This document shows, one piece after another, positions 35,141-49,255 of a stretch of 59,531 nt of DNA. The first letter of the stretch is position 1. Each line of letters starts with the position of its first letter. The stretch is from Octopus bimaculoides (lineage: Eukaryota). The position numbers were made by a program, and so were the translations under genes. The DNA is taken from the NCBI RefSeq assembly GCF_001194135.2, contig NC_068985.1, positions 17,417,707-17,477,237 of the forward strand, given 5' to 3'. The notes beneath the pieces were generated by a model that was given only the letters and a program-made list of their open reading frames with translations, was not told the DNA's origin and did not search any database.

Positions 35141-38100
35141 ATTTAGATAGTGTTGAATGGATCTTCTCACTGAAATTGGTCTGTTTTTATTTATGAAAGA
35201 TTAAACCTTAAAGGACATTTTCTTCTTCCTTCATATTTCTATAAGAAGTTAGGATAAAATTATATCTGAAATTTCTATTCAAATTCTTATGACCATTAAA
35301 CATACTTTCTATCTGGTTCCATTCTTCAGTTTGTTCACAGATGAATTCTCACAAAAACCAATCATTTCTGTATTTCATTACATAATCTCAATTCTTTCAA
35401 CATATTTGTTTCTTCTATTCCTTTATCAATTATATGTTTATTTGACAGATAAAATAGGTGGTGATTATAACATCTTAACATTTGAAATAGTCCTTGTATT
35501 CCTGCTGAAAGTTATGTCCATTTTTAAAGAGATAAGTTTTTTTTTTTTTTTTTTAGTTTTTTTTTTAAACATAATTTTCATTAAAAAGTTGCTTTTGATT
35601 TCATGGAAAGCATTTAAATATATGGTTGAAAAATACATTACAAATATTCTGGTATGGCATTACCATTGTCTTTCAAGTCTATTCTTAGAAGTGTTTCATA
35701 TATTTACACATTTTTTTGTTCATTCCAATACACCAGATTGTATCGAACATTGACACATGTTAATACAAAAAATATTTCTAATTATAACTTGAATAAGACA
35801 TCTTACATTGATACTGAACTTTAATGTAAAGTATACACATTTAGTCATTGTAGGAGCCATGCTTAATCTCTTAAATATATGCAGTTTTTGCTTGCCTACT
35901 ATTTATTTCATATAGATATATGGCTAAAAGTTACCCTCATCTTACAAGGATCTGACAGTTTATTTTCATCCATAGTCTATTAAGATACATCTAAATATGG
36001 CTGGTAATTCTGAAATCTGTGAGAATAATTAAACACCACACTAATTATTGAAGAACACAGCTATGTTTTCCTTTCATTTGCATTGATTATATATCCATGA
36101 TATACAAATATTCACTCATAATAAACAAGAAATGAAACAATTTAGCTGATGATTTAGGTGATTTAATATTCATTAAATATATCAAACTATGTAGAAAATT
36201 GTATTTTAATTTACACAAATTAATCATTAAATTAGTTATATGTTACATCTTCAGTGTTACCATCCACCAAAAGTTTTTATCTTTATACTTACACAAACAC
36301 ACACACACACATATATATATATATAGATATGAAATGATCACTTTTTGTTCGAATATTTATAGTCTGAACTCAACAGACTGTAACTGTTGAAAAACCTGGA
36401 ACTCTATAGACATTTTATTATGTATGTGATAAATGCTACATTTTGTTTTTAATTTTGCTCTTTCACCTAACACATCTAGTCATACTTTTCCCTTTATACA
36501 TCATCACCATCATCTTCTAGTTTATCTATCTCTTTGATGTTCACTACTATTGGAGCTCCTCCTAATGGCTTTTATAAATCCTGATTTCAAGGAGTTGGTG
36601 ATAGCAGACATAAGATTTGAGCCTAGTTTACTTTTCTCTGGTTAAATTTTAAGGTGCTGTTGCCTGCTTTGGACTTGAAGGGTTTATTTAAAGTTTTGGC
36701 ATTTTTATATACATAATATTCTATTAACTCACTAACATACAGAAAACAAATTTCCACTTCATTGTAAATGTTTCAAACAATATTTATTATTTTATCAGAT
36801 TAGTTTTCATGCAATTCAGTGTAACATCCTTTAAGTTACACAATAAGCCTCATAATCCTTAAGTTTACAAGTTCTATTCATTCATTAAAAGAGCATTAAC
36901 TGTGATATTTATTTCTAAGACTTGGTCTCATAAACAGTTGCCTTCTTAGACTAGGTATCTTACAGATCTTTTTCATTTGTTATTTTTTAACTGCTTCACT
37001 TTGGTGGGCTATTGCATGTACTGTTAAGCGTTTTAAATCATTCAGCTTCTCTTATTTTCTTTTTTCTTTTTATAGAAGGAAAAAAATGTGTAAATGACAT
37101 TGAACTGCCAACATAATGAATGAATAGATGTTATTTCTAAAATTATGCCTGGGAGATGTATATCCTTTATAGCAATTATATTGCTATTAAACAACACTAA
37201 AAGTTTTGAGATTTAAATTTATTTGAGAATCAACAAAATTTATCCACCATTCTACTACATTGTAAATAGCCCACACTAAGACAACTTAACTTATATACAG
37301 AAGCATTTTCACATAATATCAAATTACTGCCAAATTTATTGACAAAGTCCAAGTTATCTTCTATTTTAAATCACATTTTGTAATCACTAAATTTAATATT
37401 TGTTGAATGTGAACACCAAGTACAGAAATTGACTCCTTAGACAAAAACAATCTTGGTTTAGTACATATATTCGATGAAGGAAAGGAAAAAATAACTAACT
37501 TGATTCTAAAATGTTTCATTTTATATTTTGTAAAAATATTGTAATTTTTCTTCCATTTTTTTTTTTTTTCTGTCTTAGTTAAATTTATGAGCTGCACTTA
37601 TTTCACAAATGATTTAATCTGAGATTGTATTGAAATTAAAATAATTGCATCATGGAAGAATGATACTAACTATTTAAAATATATACACACTTTTATATTT
37701 TTCTGTTGTAATTTTGTAATAATAGCATGTTAATAATATATGTGTATTAATTACATATATATATATATTATGTACACTTGCTATCATTACAAAAATAATA
37801 ATGCAGATGTGAGTATAACATGTGCATGTGTGTTTTAATCGCTACTATGATTCTACAACAATACTATTGTGTTGGTTATACTTAGTTATATAGAGATATA
37901 TGAGTACTTAGTTTATTTCCTAGAGTCTGTACATTTGAAGTGGCTGACCACTCTACTGGACATAGCATTTCATTTAATGTTTGATGTTTATCAAGTATAT
38001 AGGTGTCATTGAGCTACATCTGATGTGGAGTAATATGTAGTAGAACATGTGCAAAATAGAGAACAGATTTTGTAGCTGTATGCCATTGATGTCAAATATA

Positions 38101-41100
38101 ATACATTAGGAGAAAGACAGTGAGAGAAATAATGAAAAAGTGTATATATATATGTATGTATATATATAATCATAAGCTAATTAGATAACTTACAATTAAC
38201 AATTCTATATTGACGAATTAAAATATTTATGAACATCTACATTACCCACCAAAAAAAATCTTTTTTTTTTCAATGTGTCAATGTGTATATGCATTTGTAC
38301 ATAGGTATAACATTATATATGTGTGTGTATATATACACATACACACGTGTGTGTGTGTGTGTACACATATATATATGTATGTATAATATGTTGTTGTATA
38401 TTGTGTTTGTAATACTTTTATATTCATTTATAATACATTTATATGTATACACATAAACTATATGCAAACAAGTCTACATATGTAACCTACAATTACATAT
38501 ACATGTATATATATTTATACATAAACATGTGTGTGTATTCATAAAATGTTAGTTTAGTGAGTCAGATCCTTGTGTTCTCAAGCTTAACATTTTTCTTATT
38601 TTTTTGTCCGATTTAAAAATTACTTTCCTGTTTCTTTGTCTTGAGTGAGTTTGTCCTAAAAACAGTTTCCTGTTTTATGTTAGGAGTTTAGAAAACATTT
38701 TTTAATTTTTTTTATTTAATTCATTCTTTATAATCTTGTTCTTCACACTTGATTTCTAATGTTTTGTGCCAAAGTGTATGAACTCTTATTACAGAAGATG
38801 GCAATAATTACAGTGCTATGACAAATATAATTACTTGCTTGTAATCAAAATATACTCATCATTTTATAGTCACTTAATCTAGGAAGACCATTCCTGTATA
38901 TATATATATTTATATATATATATATATATAGGTTTAATATATAACCTATTAAATCATTTATTAAATTGTTTTCCTTCAAATTTTAAAATTAAAACCATAA
39001 TTAAAAGGCTTGCCATGACAATCTTTCTTGGCTGACACTGTTAGAAATTATTTATGGTTCAATAAAAATAATATAAATTATATCCCTACACACACACACC
39101 CACCCACCTTTTCATATTTTGTCAATGTTTGGTTTCTGTTGTTTAAATTCATATATGCAAATTAACATGATGGTGCATATTATCATAAAATTATAACAAT
39201 ATAATTGTGTCTTCTCTCACAAAATAAGTTTTAAATGCTTTTCAAGATTATCTCTAAAGCCTTCATTGCATTATAACAATTAAATTATAAGTATGTTATT
39301 TGTTGATAATATATCCCTCCTTGTCATGTTGCTGTTCCCTTTTAAAGAATTTTATAAAACATCATACTGTTCCATTTATGTTTCCTTTTTAATCAGCAAT
39401 GCTTTCTTTCTTGGAATTTCAAGGCCAACTATTTCAATTTTGAGAAGACAGTCTGTTGCTTTCATTTGTCTTCTAAATATATTTACTGATGCAATAAAAA
39501 TTCAGGATATTTTACATTTAGTTCATATTAATTAATCTTGTTCAGCATTTTGTTAAGATCTTCACACTACAGATGTACACACATTTACTAATCATAAAGC
39601 TGTTGCTTATTGCAAGTCTTCATATTTTAATTTGTGCATCCAACTAACAATTAAAAATTGTGAGTTCTTTCATTTTCTTTATCTACATAAGTAATCTTTG
39701 TTGACATTTGTATTTAGCCTATATATTCAGAGAAATACATAATGCCTACATGGTTTTCATAAAAAAATAAAACTAGATAATATATGGATATGAGTTTGAT
39801 GGAAAGTTTATTTTTTACAAAAACAAAAGTATATTGAAGATTTTTACCATTAAAAGAACTTATCTATCTACACAGTTACTTTTTTAGATTTCTTTTAATA
39901 AACAAATGCCACCTTTTTCTTCTTTTTTTTTTTAATTCTTATATAAGTGTTAATAACTATGAAATAGTCAACTATATAAACTTGTTCTGTAGGATTCTGC
40001 TCTATAATTGCATAGAGATCAATTACTAAGTATAGAGAACTCATGAAATTTGCCATAGTATTTTATAATGTAGTTCTAAGTATTGTAGGTTTCTTTCTAT
40101 AAAATATTCTCATGTTTTGTTATTGTAGCTGGCAAGGTTATACAATTTTCTTAAATACATTTTTTTTTATGAGCTATCATGATCTATGCCTATTTTTAAG
40201 TATTGATATTTGATTAAAGTAGAATTTCAATGTACATGTTTTTAGATATGATTTTTGTATTCGAATACATTTTTTACAAACTAGATGATAAAATCGTTTT
40301 TAATTATTATTTCTAATTAACTAAAACACATTATTTTCTATTGCAAATTTTGGGGAAATGGCAATGTAAAACTAGTTGTTGCAGTCATTTGAGAGTGCCT
40401 ATCTTGTAAATATATCTCACAGTCATTACTGAAAATTTGAAACATTTGTGTTTAAAAAGGAAAACTAGTATTTGCTTCTTTGGTAAATCTCTTTTCTATG
40501 TGGAAAAAATATATCACAGATTTAAACTACTGTTCTATGTGCTTCTATGTAGAACTGCATTAATTTTCATTTTATTTTATTTTTATTTTTATTCTGTCGT
40601 TCATAAAATTATTAATATATGAAGAATAGCATGTTTACAACTTTTAATTTCCATTTTATTATGGCATATTTGTAACGACATATTTACATATATCATTATT
40701 TTTAACTCATTGTTATTTATTAACTTTCTGAGAAAAATATTTTTTTATTTCCTTCTGTCACTATAATTTTTTTTTTATTTTGAAATGTTTTCTACAAGTT
40801 CCATTAATTCCATGAAATTTTGATTCCATGTGAAAAGAAATAACTATTGAAAACTTTCATTATTTCATTAAGGAACTAATTTCCCTTCATTTCCTTATTG
40901 CTTTACCTTTTAACATTACGACTTATAAGAGGCTTCAGTATTTAATCTGCATTAAGGAAATCCTGTGGTTTTATATATGTAATGAGAAAAAAAATTAGTT
41001 TTATATTTAAAATTTTATTTCTGCTGTTGGCTGTTTCATTACATCTTCATGCATAGCAAAAAACAAGCAAACAACATGTATTCCTCTGTTAATTGTTGAT

Positions 41101-42279
41101 GTGGAATATTTGTTGTATATCATCCTTCACAGCATTTATATAGTGATATTCTTTATCTTAGGGCATAAACATTATATCTAGCATTTTTATTTCATTTCCA
41201 CTGGTTTCCTTTTATTTGAAAAAAAAAAAAAAAAATTCCAATAAAGTATGAAGCATTTTATGATTGTAATGATTATAATTTCTGTGACAAATTTGTTGGA
41301 TTTAATGATGGAGGGAAAACATCTTTTGTTGTTGTGGGAATAGCTTATGCACACAATTCACTATTATTATCTGCTCAAATATATGTTATATTCGTATGCA
41401 TTATGTTTTTTCAAATATTTGGTGTGAATTCTATGATAGACAGAAATGGTATTATATTACGCTTATATGCAGGTTGTTTAGAATAAGGAAATATCAAAAA
41501 ACTTCCATAAATTGTTAAAAGTTTTGTCTGACTATGAACCAAGTGAATTAAAATGTGTTGGAAATAATATTTTACTATTAGATTCTTGTATACATTTAAA
41601 CATATGTACTTTGAATATTACAGTTATTTGTTGAGACTAATAATCCATAGAATCAATACATTATTTAAGTGCATTGTTGATTGTAATTTCTTTTTCTTCC
41701 AATTTGGTTGAATTCCATATATCCACAGCTGTTTTATAATTATATAATAATCAGGAAATTTACTAATGTTCTTATTGAATACTTTTCAATTTTTAATTCA
41801 ATATTTAATTATTCTTAGATCATTATGGCATTTTTATTTGGTTGTGATAATGCTAATCAGAACATTGTACCAGAAAAATCAGATATATGTATGCATTCAT
41901 ACACAATCACACATCATATGACAAATGTTTTGAAACAACAAGTTGGTACAAAAATGTTATTTCACTCTTCATGTTTTGCAATGATATTTGATCAAAAATA
42001 TGGTCAAATCTTCTAGAAAGGGGTTTTCTTTAAAATCTTTAATGTACGTCTTCTCAATTATAATGGATATACCCAGGTCTGCCAAATCACTCTACCATTT
42101 GAACTCTAACAAAATATCCCATAAATATTGCTTGAATGATAAATTAATTTGAGACACTTTTTTATATTTGATCTCTATTGTAAATATCTGTTGGTCATAT
42201 TTGTCTGTTGCTAGGGAAATAATAGATATTTAGATAACTTTTAATATTCAAATATCAAGTGTTCATAAAAGTATTTCAT

Positions 42280-42760
42280 CTTATTTTAACAATAACTTCA
42301 AGAAGTATAAAATCTTTTCATAATCTAAAGCAAGGAATATGACTGTCATGTATACTATTTGAGTATTGATCACATTGTTATGAAGTGATTCAAATTTAAT
42401 TTGGACAAATGTTGAACTCCTTACTAGCACTAAAGAACCTGCTATAGAGTTCTTTGCTTTCACCAGTTCTTTCTACTTTAATGTCCTCAGGAATTTGGAT
42501 CATCATCACCTCATATTGTTAACCACATAATCGTTATCATAATCCAGCAATACTCTTATGGTCATGTGATGTTGTCACTAACGCTTTGGGATTGAAAGTT
42601 TCAAAACAGCTCTTAGAGGCTATATATGGCTTGGAATATCCCAAAAGTATTTTGTTATGTCATCCACTGTACCTAAGGTTTTATGTATTTCTTCAGTTAT
42701 TGCAAAATTGTCATCAATACTTACTTCTATGGAATTAATTCCCGAAAACCTGATTAATTC
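42280..42760 (-). mobile_element. Possible highly decayed LINE RT remnant
   Basis: SIDDNFAITEE (YADD-like) and KAKNSI..L...IKFESLHNNVINTQIVY (KA..L..K..LY..V..LLY-like); weak similarity. Confidence 0.3.
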
Positions 42761-45700
42761 CATATTGAAGTAAATTTTTATCTTTAAAAAAAAGTCAAAA
42801 AGAATGCTATTATCTATTCGAAATATAATTATCAAAGAGTTTGTTTTAAAACAAAGAAACAAAAAATGGATCCAAACTAATGCCAGTGCAACATCTTTTT
42901 TGTTAATTTTACTGAATATAAATTATTTTCAAAATAGTTAATAGATTTCTCAGTTGTCATTTGTTTTTTGTTTGTTTGTTTTTTTATTTTTATTTTTTTT
43001 ACATGCCTATTCATCAGAAAAGAGGGGCCGGCATTGTCTTATTGTTTTAAGAACGACTTTGTTGTTACTCTTTGTAACTTTTTCAAAGGGAAGTTGATAT
43101 AAATCGAAATTTTATAATTCTGGAAGGAAATGGGTTTGCTCTCTTTCACACACTCACACATACAAACATATGCACATAATTGAAAATATTCTATAAAATT
43201 CAACTTTTCTCATTTATTACATTAAATATATTTTGTTTATAAAATTTCCAAGATTTTTTTTTTCTTTTTTTTTCTACAAACACATAACATTATTCTTGTT
43301 ATTCAAACATTTTGAACTTTACACAATTTGGTTTTCATTTGTTAGTATTTTATTTTAACCGTCCCATTACAGAAATCACATAACCACATTTTAAGCCTGG
43401 ATAACAGTTTTGTCGTGTTTTCGATACCCTCAGATATTTGCTTTGATGCTGTTTATAGGATAGTTTAATGCAGATAATACTGAATCTAGAAACTCAGCTT
43501 CTTAGGTGATAATTACTATTCTCAATCATGAGAGCAAACTGACGATTATTAGAATTCAAACAAACCATAGTTTACTTTTAAGTATTGGCAAGCGGTGACA
43601 TAATTCTTAAATATGTATCTCCTAAGTGTTTAGTGATTTTAATATAATGAAAGTAAAGTGAAAGAAATTTCGATATTGCATGTATTGTTTGTGCCTATGA
43701 ATATTTCTTTCCTTTCATATAAAAAAAATCATTTTAACTTTCCCTCTACATTAGCAAAATGAGATATGTGTGATGGAGAGAGAGAGAAAGATGCAGGTAC
43801 CATAGACCAGATCATATTACTCTCTTTTTCTAAAGAAATGTTTTTGATACTTGTCATCCATCAACTGATAAAATTAGTTTGATATATATCTACTTACTTT
43901 TATGTTATAAACTTTTAGCAAAACCATTTGATTTATTATATGAAAGGAGTGATTGAATTGAATCCACTTTCAATAGATACATTTATTATTGACTGTTGAT
44001 CAATAAGAACGCAAGTGTAATCCTGACCTTATCAATTAAAGTCATTGGATCAGTCTCATTTGAATATTGGTTTCTTTTATGTATTCATTATGTATAGAGT
44101 ATCTGAAATTGCATCAGATCTTCATCATAACTGGACTACTAAAGCTAAGTGTTTCTATAGATTTAATTTGAGGAGAATTGTCAGTTATGTTAATTCTGAT
44201 GCAATTTTTAGGCCTTGGTTAATGTTGTTTAAATATCTAGCATATGTAATCAGGATCCTTTTCTAAAGTGAATGTTAATGAAAAAGGCATGGAAACAAAT
44301 CTGTGCTTGTAAGGTTGTAAAGCTTTTTCTCGCATAATTATTGAAATAGACTGGCATTTATTAATCAGGTTGGAAAAATTGACAGTTTGCACATACAGCA
44401 CTACTATCATCATTCTTTCCATCCAGAATATTAGGTACCGCTGTTTTGCCATTTGTTTACCAGAATTCTTGTTTCTCTGTCTGTTCCATTATCTCAGAAA
44501 ACGCTAAAACTAGGCAGTTTAAATCTTTTTATGAAATGATTACTGAATAAAGTGGGGTGGTAGATTGCAGAATTATTTGAAGTCCACAGTATTACTCTTA
44601 CTGTTTTATTTGCTAATCAAACTAGATGATGTATCAAAAGAAATAAAAATATTCCTTCTGATAGTGGTAGCTACAAAAGGGTTAATTAATAGTGGGAAAT
44701 ACTAACTGTATTATGTAAAAAAATTATATTTTTATCATATATTCTTAAAAGAGAATGGTAAGGGAATCACATCACAGCCCAACTTGTAAAAATATATAAG
44801 CAACCCTAAATGACTAGAAATTTACAAGAAAAAAAAGATTGGTTAAAACCCATCTTTTATTTTTATCAGTTTTTTTTTTTAAGTTTGCATTTTGACAATT
44901 TTTTTTTTTCTTTGTTTAATGTCCTCAAAAATAATATTCCTACACTTTGTACAACACAAAATTTCAGTCTAAAATCTGCTTTCATTTTGATGCTTTTGGC
45001 AGTATTTTTTGTTTGTAAACTACTTCTCACAATAATTATTTTTATTTATTTAATGAATTTATCTTTCATTCTACTTTATATAATATTTTAATTTTGATAT
45101 GCATTTAGCAGATTTTTATCAGGTTTCATATTTTCTTTGAGTCGGTTATATTTTTGTTGGCTTCCATGAGGAAATGCAGGGTGTCTTTTTTTTTTCCGCC
45201 TTCCCCCCATTTTGTCTTTGGCTCTCGTTCTCATTTAGGGAAACATGCTAGTTAAAGACAACAAAATACTTTACTGAAGGACATAATCCAATAGCTGCAG
45301 TGGAATGTTAATTTTCACTATTACTTCAGCTAATCAATCATCAGAAATTTGCATTTTTTTTTTTTTTTTTTTTAATAGAAAAAACTCCCTGAACCAAGAC
45401 TATTTTATACATTCTGAAAACACTTTTCCCTTCAGTTTCATATGTGTATGAGCATTCACCATCATCCTTTTCAAGATAAAAATTGTGTTAATGCTTCATG
45501 CGTGTATGTGAGGTTGTGTGTGTATATGTGTATATATACTTATATGTATATATACACACATATATATGAATGCGCATCAGTTATATAATGATTGAATCTT
45601 AATATCATTCATATAGTTATATATCAACTTGTGTTAAAAAAATGTTCCTCAATTTGCTAACGAGTTATTATGCAGAAGATGAAGCAGTTCTGTTTACACT

Positions 45701-46499
45701 TTAGTTTATTTCACAATAATGAGGTTTTCAACCTTTTTCTGTTTTTGTTTTTTTTTTTTACCTCTTCAATATTTTCAATTGAACCATTTACAACATGCAC
45801 TTGGATTGTTTTTCCATTTCCTTCCAGATATCTCTTGTTTACAGGATAAAGTATTGTTGTCTTATTGTTATGTTCACTTAAGACTAATATTTTGAAACAT
45901 TAAAAAAGGTAAATATTCTGTCATTCTCTAGACTTTTTTTGTCGTGCTTTTATTTGTCAGCAATAACCTTGTTTCTCTCTTTTCATTCTGATCAGTGACA
46001 CCATATGTGTATTTGATCTCTTATACATCACTGGTTCCAGTAAACAAACCAGTGCATTGGAATGCAGTATGCTTTTGGCATATAGAATGGGTTTTATGTA
46101 ACTACATTGCAGTGTAGTTGGAATAATAAATACAGTATTTTTATTGTATAGCCCTTGATCTGCCAGGATATCCTAGATCCAACTCACATTATTGTTACAG
46201 AAAAACTAGACAGCACCACTATATAATGCACTCATGCTACAGTCTCTGACATGCAGTATATATATATATGGGAGTTCAGTGTGACAGTCTAGATACGTTG
46301 TACACTCTTTCCTGTTCTATTTCTGTACAGTGGCTACAGTTGATGGAGGTGAAGTTGAGGATTGATCAAAGTATAATAATTATTGTTCCCGTTCATATTT
46401 ATAAATATTAACATTCCTATTTAGATTTGACAGTCTGCTATAGATTATGTCTCTAATTACAAGTGTAATGATTTTATTATTCAGCCAGAATTATTTTGA

Positions 46500-46930
46500 A
46501 CATTAAGCTTCAAGTCCATTAATAATGAAGTATATGTCCTCTTTAATCAGTGCTTGTGTTTCACTATCAGGCAACATCCCACTTCGCACACAAGCATCAT
46601 GTAACTGATCTTTGAACATTTTCCAAACAGTTTTTACTTTTTGCAATGGTCTCAGAACACCTGCTGAATTCTCTCCACTGCAAAATTCGGACCATCTTTT
46701 CTGCTGGTCTAAATTGTAGGTGTAAATTTCATTTGGTAAGGAGCCGGAAATAGCAAATGCTATAATCAATAACTCCGTTTACAATAATTTTTATCTCGGT
46801 GCAAGATAATGGTCAGTGTCAAACATAGTTATTTCCCTTGTATGTAACTACATTGTTTTTACCTCCCTTGTATTGATAAACCATGTAATATCATTTTGCA
46901 ACTGTCGGTCATTCACTCTCGCCCCCGGGT
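46500..46930 (-). mobile_element. Decayed LINE ORF2 remnant (end of APE endonuclease plus linker)
   Basis: ..FDTDHYLA (SDH-type motif), followed in the same frame by TVWKMFKDQLHDAC (W..FK..L..A linker); several stops. Confidence 0.55.
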
Positions 46931-48414
46931 ACTAACCCGTTTGTAGTACCTGCATATCCGATAATTTTATTCACGAAATATTTTCAGTATGATTCAATCT
47001 ACCTTCAAGGCAAACCTCACACAATCCTTATTAATAATTGTTCATAACATTTATACAGATTTAGTCTTGCGCTACAGTTGTTAGTTTGAGATTCAAATGT
47101 GTCGTTTTGTGTTGACATATTTAAAATAGTAATGATGAAAGTCTTTGATGCAATACCTACATTTACAAAATGGAAGTTCTATCTGTAGAAAGCTTCCATC
47201 AGTTTCTGCTGTAGGGTTGAAGAAACTAAGAATACTGAGTGAATTCATATATAAAAGACAATTACTACTTAGAAAAGTTTTCTCGATAAAATTTTTAGTG
47301 AATTCTCTCAGCATTACATTTGTTTCAGATAATAATCTTTGTATTCTTCCTAACTAAGGTGTTCAGGGCCTGTTCAAATTTGCATTCTAGGTAAACATTT
47401 GATCTTTTCCAAATGATTACAGGTATAAAATAAGGGAGTATCTTTCAATACTGTGTGTATTTGAAGATAACTTTCCAATGGTTTCCATCATCAACTTTCT
47501 TTTTGCTGAAAGCTTTAGAATTCAGATCAAAGATATCTTTGGGTATCAGAGAGGTCACATTGATGATAGTGCTTGTGTTTAGGAAAAACATGGAAATGAA
47601 TACATCTTGGTTCTAAAGTACTTGTCTGAAAATCATTGACTAAAACAGGCTCAAAAGAGATAGCCATCAACTTGAGTCCATGGTTTCAATATTGAACCAA
47701 TTTTTTTCTTTCTTTACAATTAGTTGCAAGCCTCTCAACTACACAGGCTCAAGTTCAAATAAGGGAAATATTTAGAAAATTCTCATCTTGACTAGAGTGT
47801 GTCATAGAATAATAGATATAATGTAAAAGCAACAAACAATTTTCACACTTAAGTGATGTTTCAATAAAGATAATCTTCTTGTGTGGATTTTCTGAGATAG
47901 GGAATTTAATATACACCAATGTATTGAAATTCATGTTGTTGTCTTGGTTATAGGCACACCAGCTGAAATGTGACTATAATCATCATTTCCTGTCTGCTTT
48001 CCATGCTGGCATGTGTTAGACCCTTCACTGAATGGAGTTATAGTTGAAAGGTGTTGATGTCCAGTAGTGAGACTGGTGCAAGTGTCTTGCTATCAAGGAA
48101 ATACATGGCTGCCCTGAATTGGTGTCATTCAAATATGCAGACCTTGTTCATTGCTAAACCACTTTCACTATGTACTCCAGGGGGGGGAAAAAAGCCATCA
48201 GAAAGGTTCAATATGGTTTTTTTAATATATTGGGGATAACAACCAAATGTCCTTTCAAAGCAAAGTACTGGATTTATATCTTGGGGAGGAAAATAATGAG
48301 CTGGTCACATCTGGAATGCTTTTAATCATAATGAAGATTGGGGTTTAACAACATATTGGACATTCTCTTCAGTAGAACAACTATAGGGGTTTTGATCTTA
48401 TAAAGGGGATTTAA

Positions 48415-49255
48415 TCATTATATTGCTTCAGTCTCACCAGCATCCGTTTTCCATGCTGGCATGGGTTGGACGGTTTGACTAGGGCTGGTAAGCTGAGGTG
48501 CTGCACCAGATCCTAGTCAGTTGGTTTCTATGGCTGGATGCCTTTCCTAATGCCAACCACTCAGTGTAATGGGTGCTTTTATGACACCAATATCTGCTAT
48601 GACTATGATTTCACTTGACTTAATGGGTCTTCTTCTCAAGCACATCATTTGTCATTGCCTCCATGAATCCCAGCACTCGGAAGGTGCTTTTTATGTGCCA
48701 CCAGCATCATCCACATTGCCTCTGTGAAAGCCAATGCTTGATAGGTACCATTTACGTGCCACCGATAACAACCACAGCTATGATTTCACTTGGCTTAACA
48801 GGTCTTCTCAAGTACAGCACATCACCAAAGGTCTTGGCCACTAGTCATTACCTCCATGAGGCCCAACATTTGAAAATCATGATCCACTACCTTGTCTCAT
48901 ATCTTCCTGAGTCTCCCTCTTCTACAGCTTCCTTCTACTGGTAGAGATCGACGCTTCACACATCTGTCCATATCCATATGCATCACATGACCATACCAGC
49001 ACAGTCATCTCTCTTGTACACCACATCTGATGTTTCTTATGCCCAACTTTTCTCTCAAGATGCTTTACACTCTGTTGTACACACACACTGATGTTACACA
49101 TCCAGTTGTGCAAACTAGCTTCATTTCCTTCAAGCCTCCACATGTCCTCAGCAGTCACAGCCCATGTTTCACTGCTGTGTAGCATGGCTGTTTGCACACA
49201 GGCATCATGCAGTCTGCCTTTCACTCTGAGGGAGAGGCCCTTGGTTACCAACAGA
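48415..49255 (-). mobile_element. RTE LINE C-terminal fragment and 3' UTR with (GAT)n-type tail
   Basis: GLSLRVKGRLHDACVQTAMLHSSETWAVTAEDMWRLE; the 3' end is identical in type to family D (tttccatgctggcatgggttggac). Confidence 0.85.

Noticed and set aside
35289-35753. 154-aa hydrophobic ORF as a membrane protein
   Set aside because: Phe/Leu/Ile content follows from T-rich DNA with poly-T runs; no motif.
46565-46980. Minus-strand frame with seven consecutive in-frame stops, all TGA, suggesting TGA=Trp recoding or a mitochondrial/mollicute insert
   Set aside because: Every TGA arises from NNT-GAN codon junctions in the neighbouring frame (aat gac, ttt gac, cat gat, etc.), which carries the LINE-like TDH and W..FK motifs. 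The recoded peptide resembles nothing convincing.
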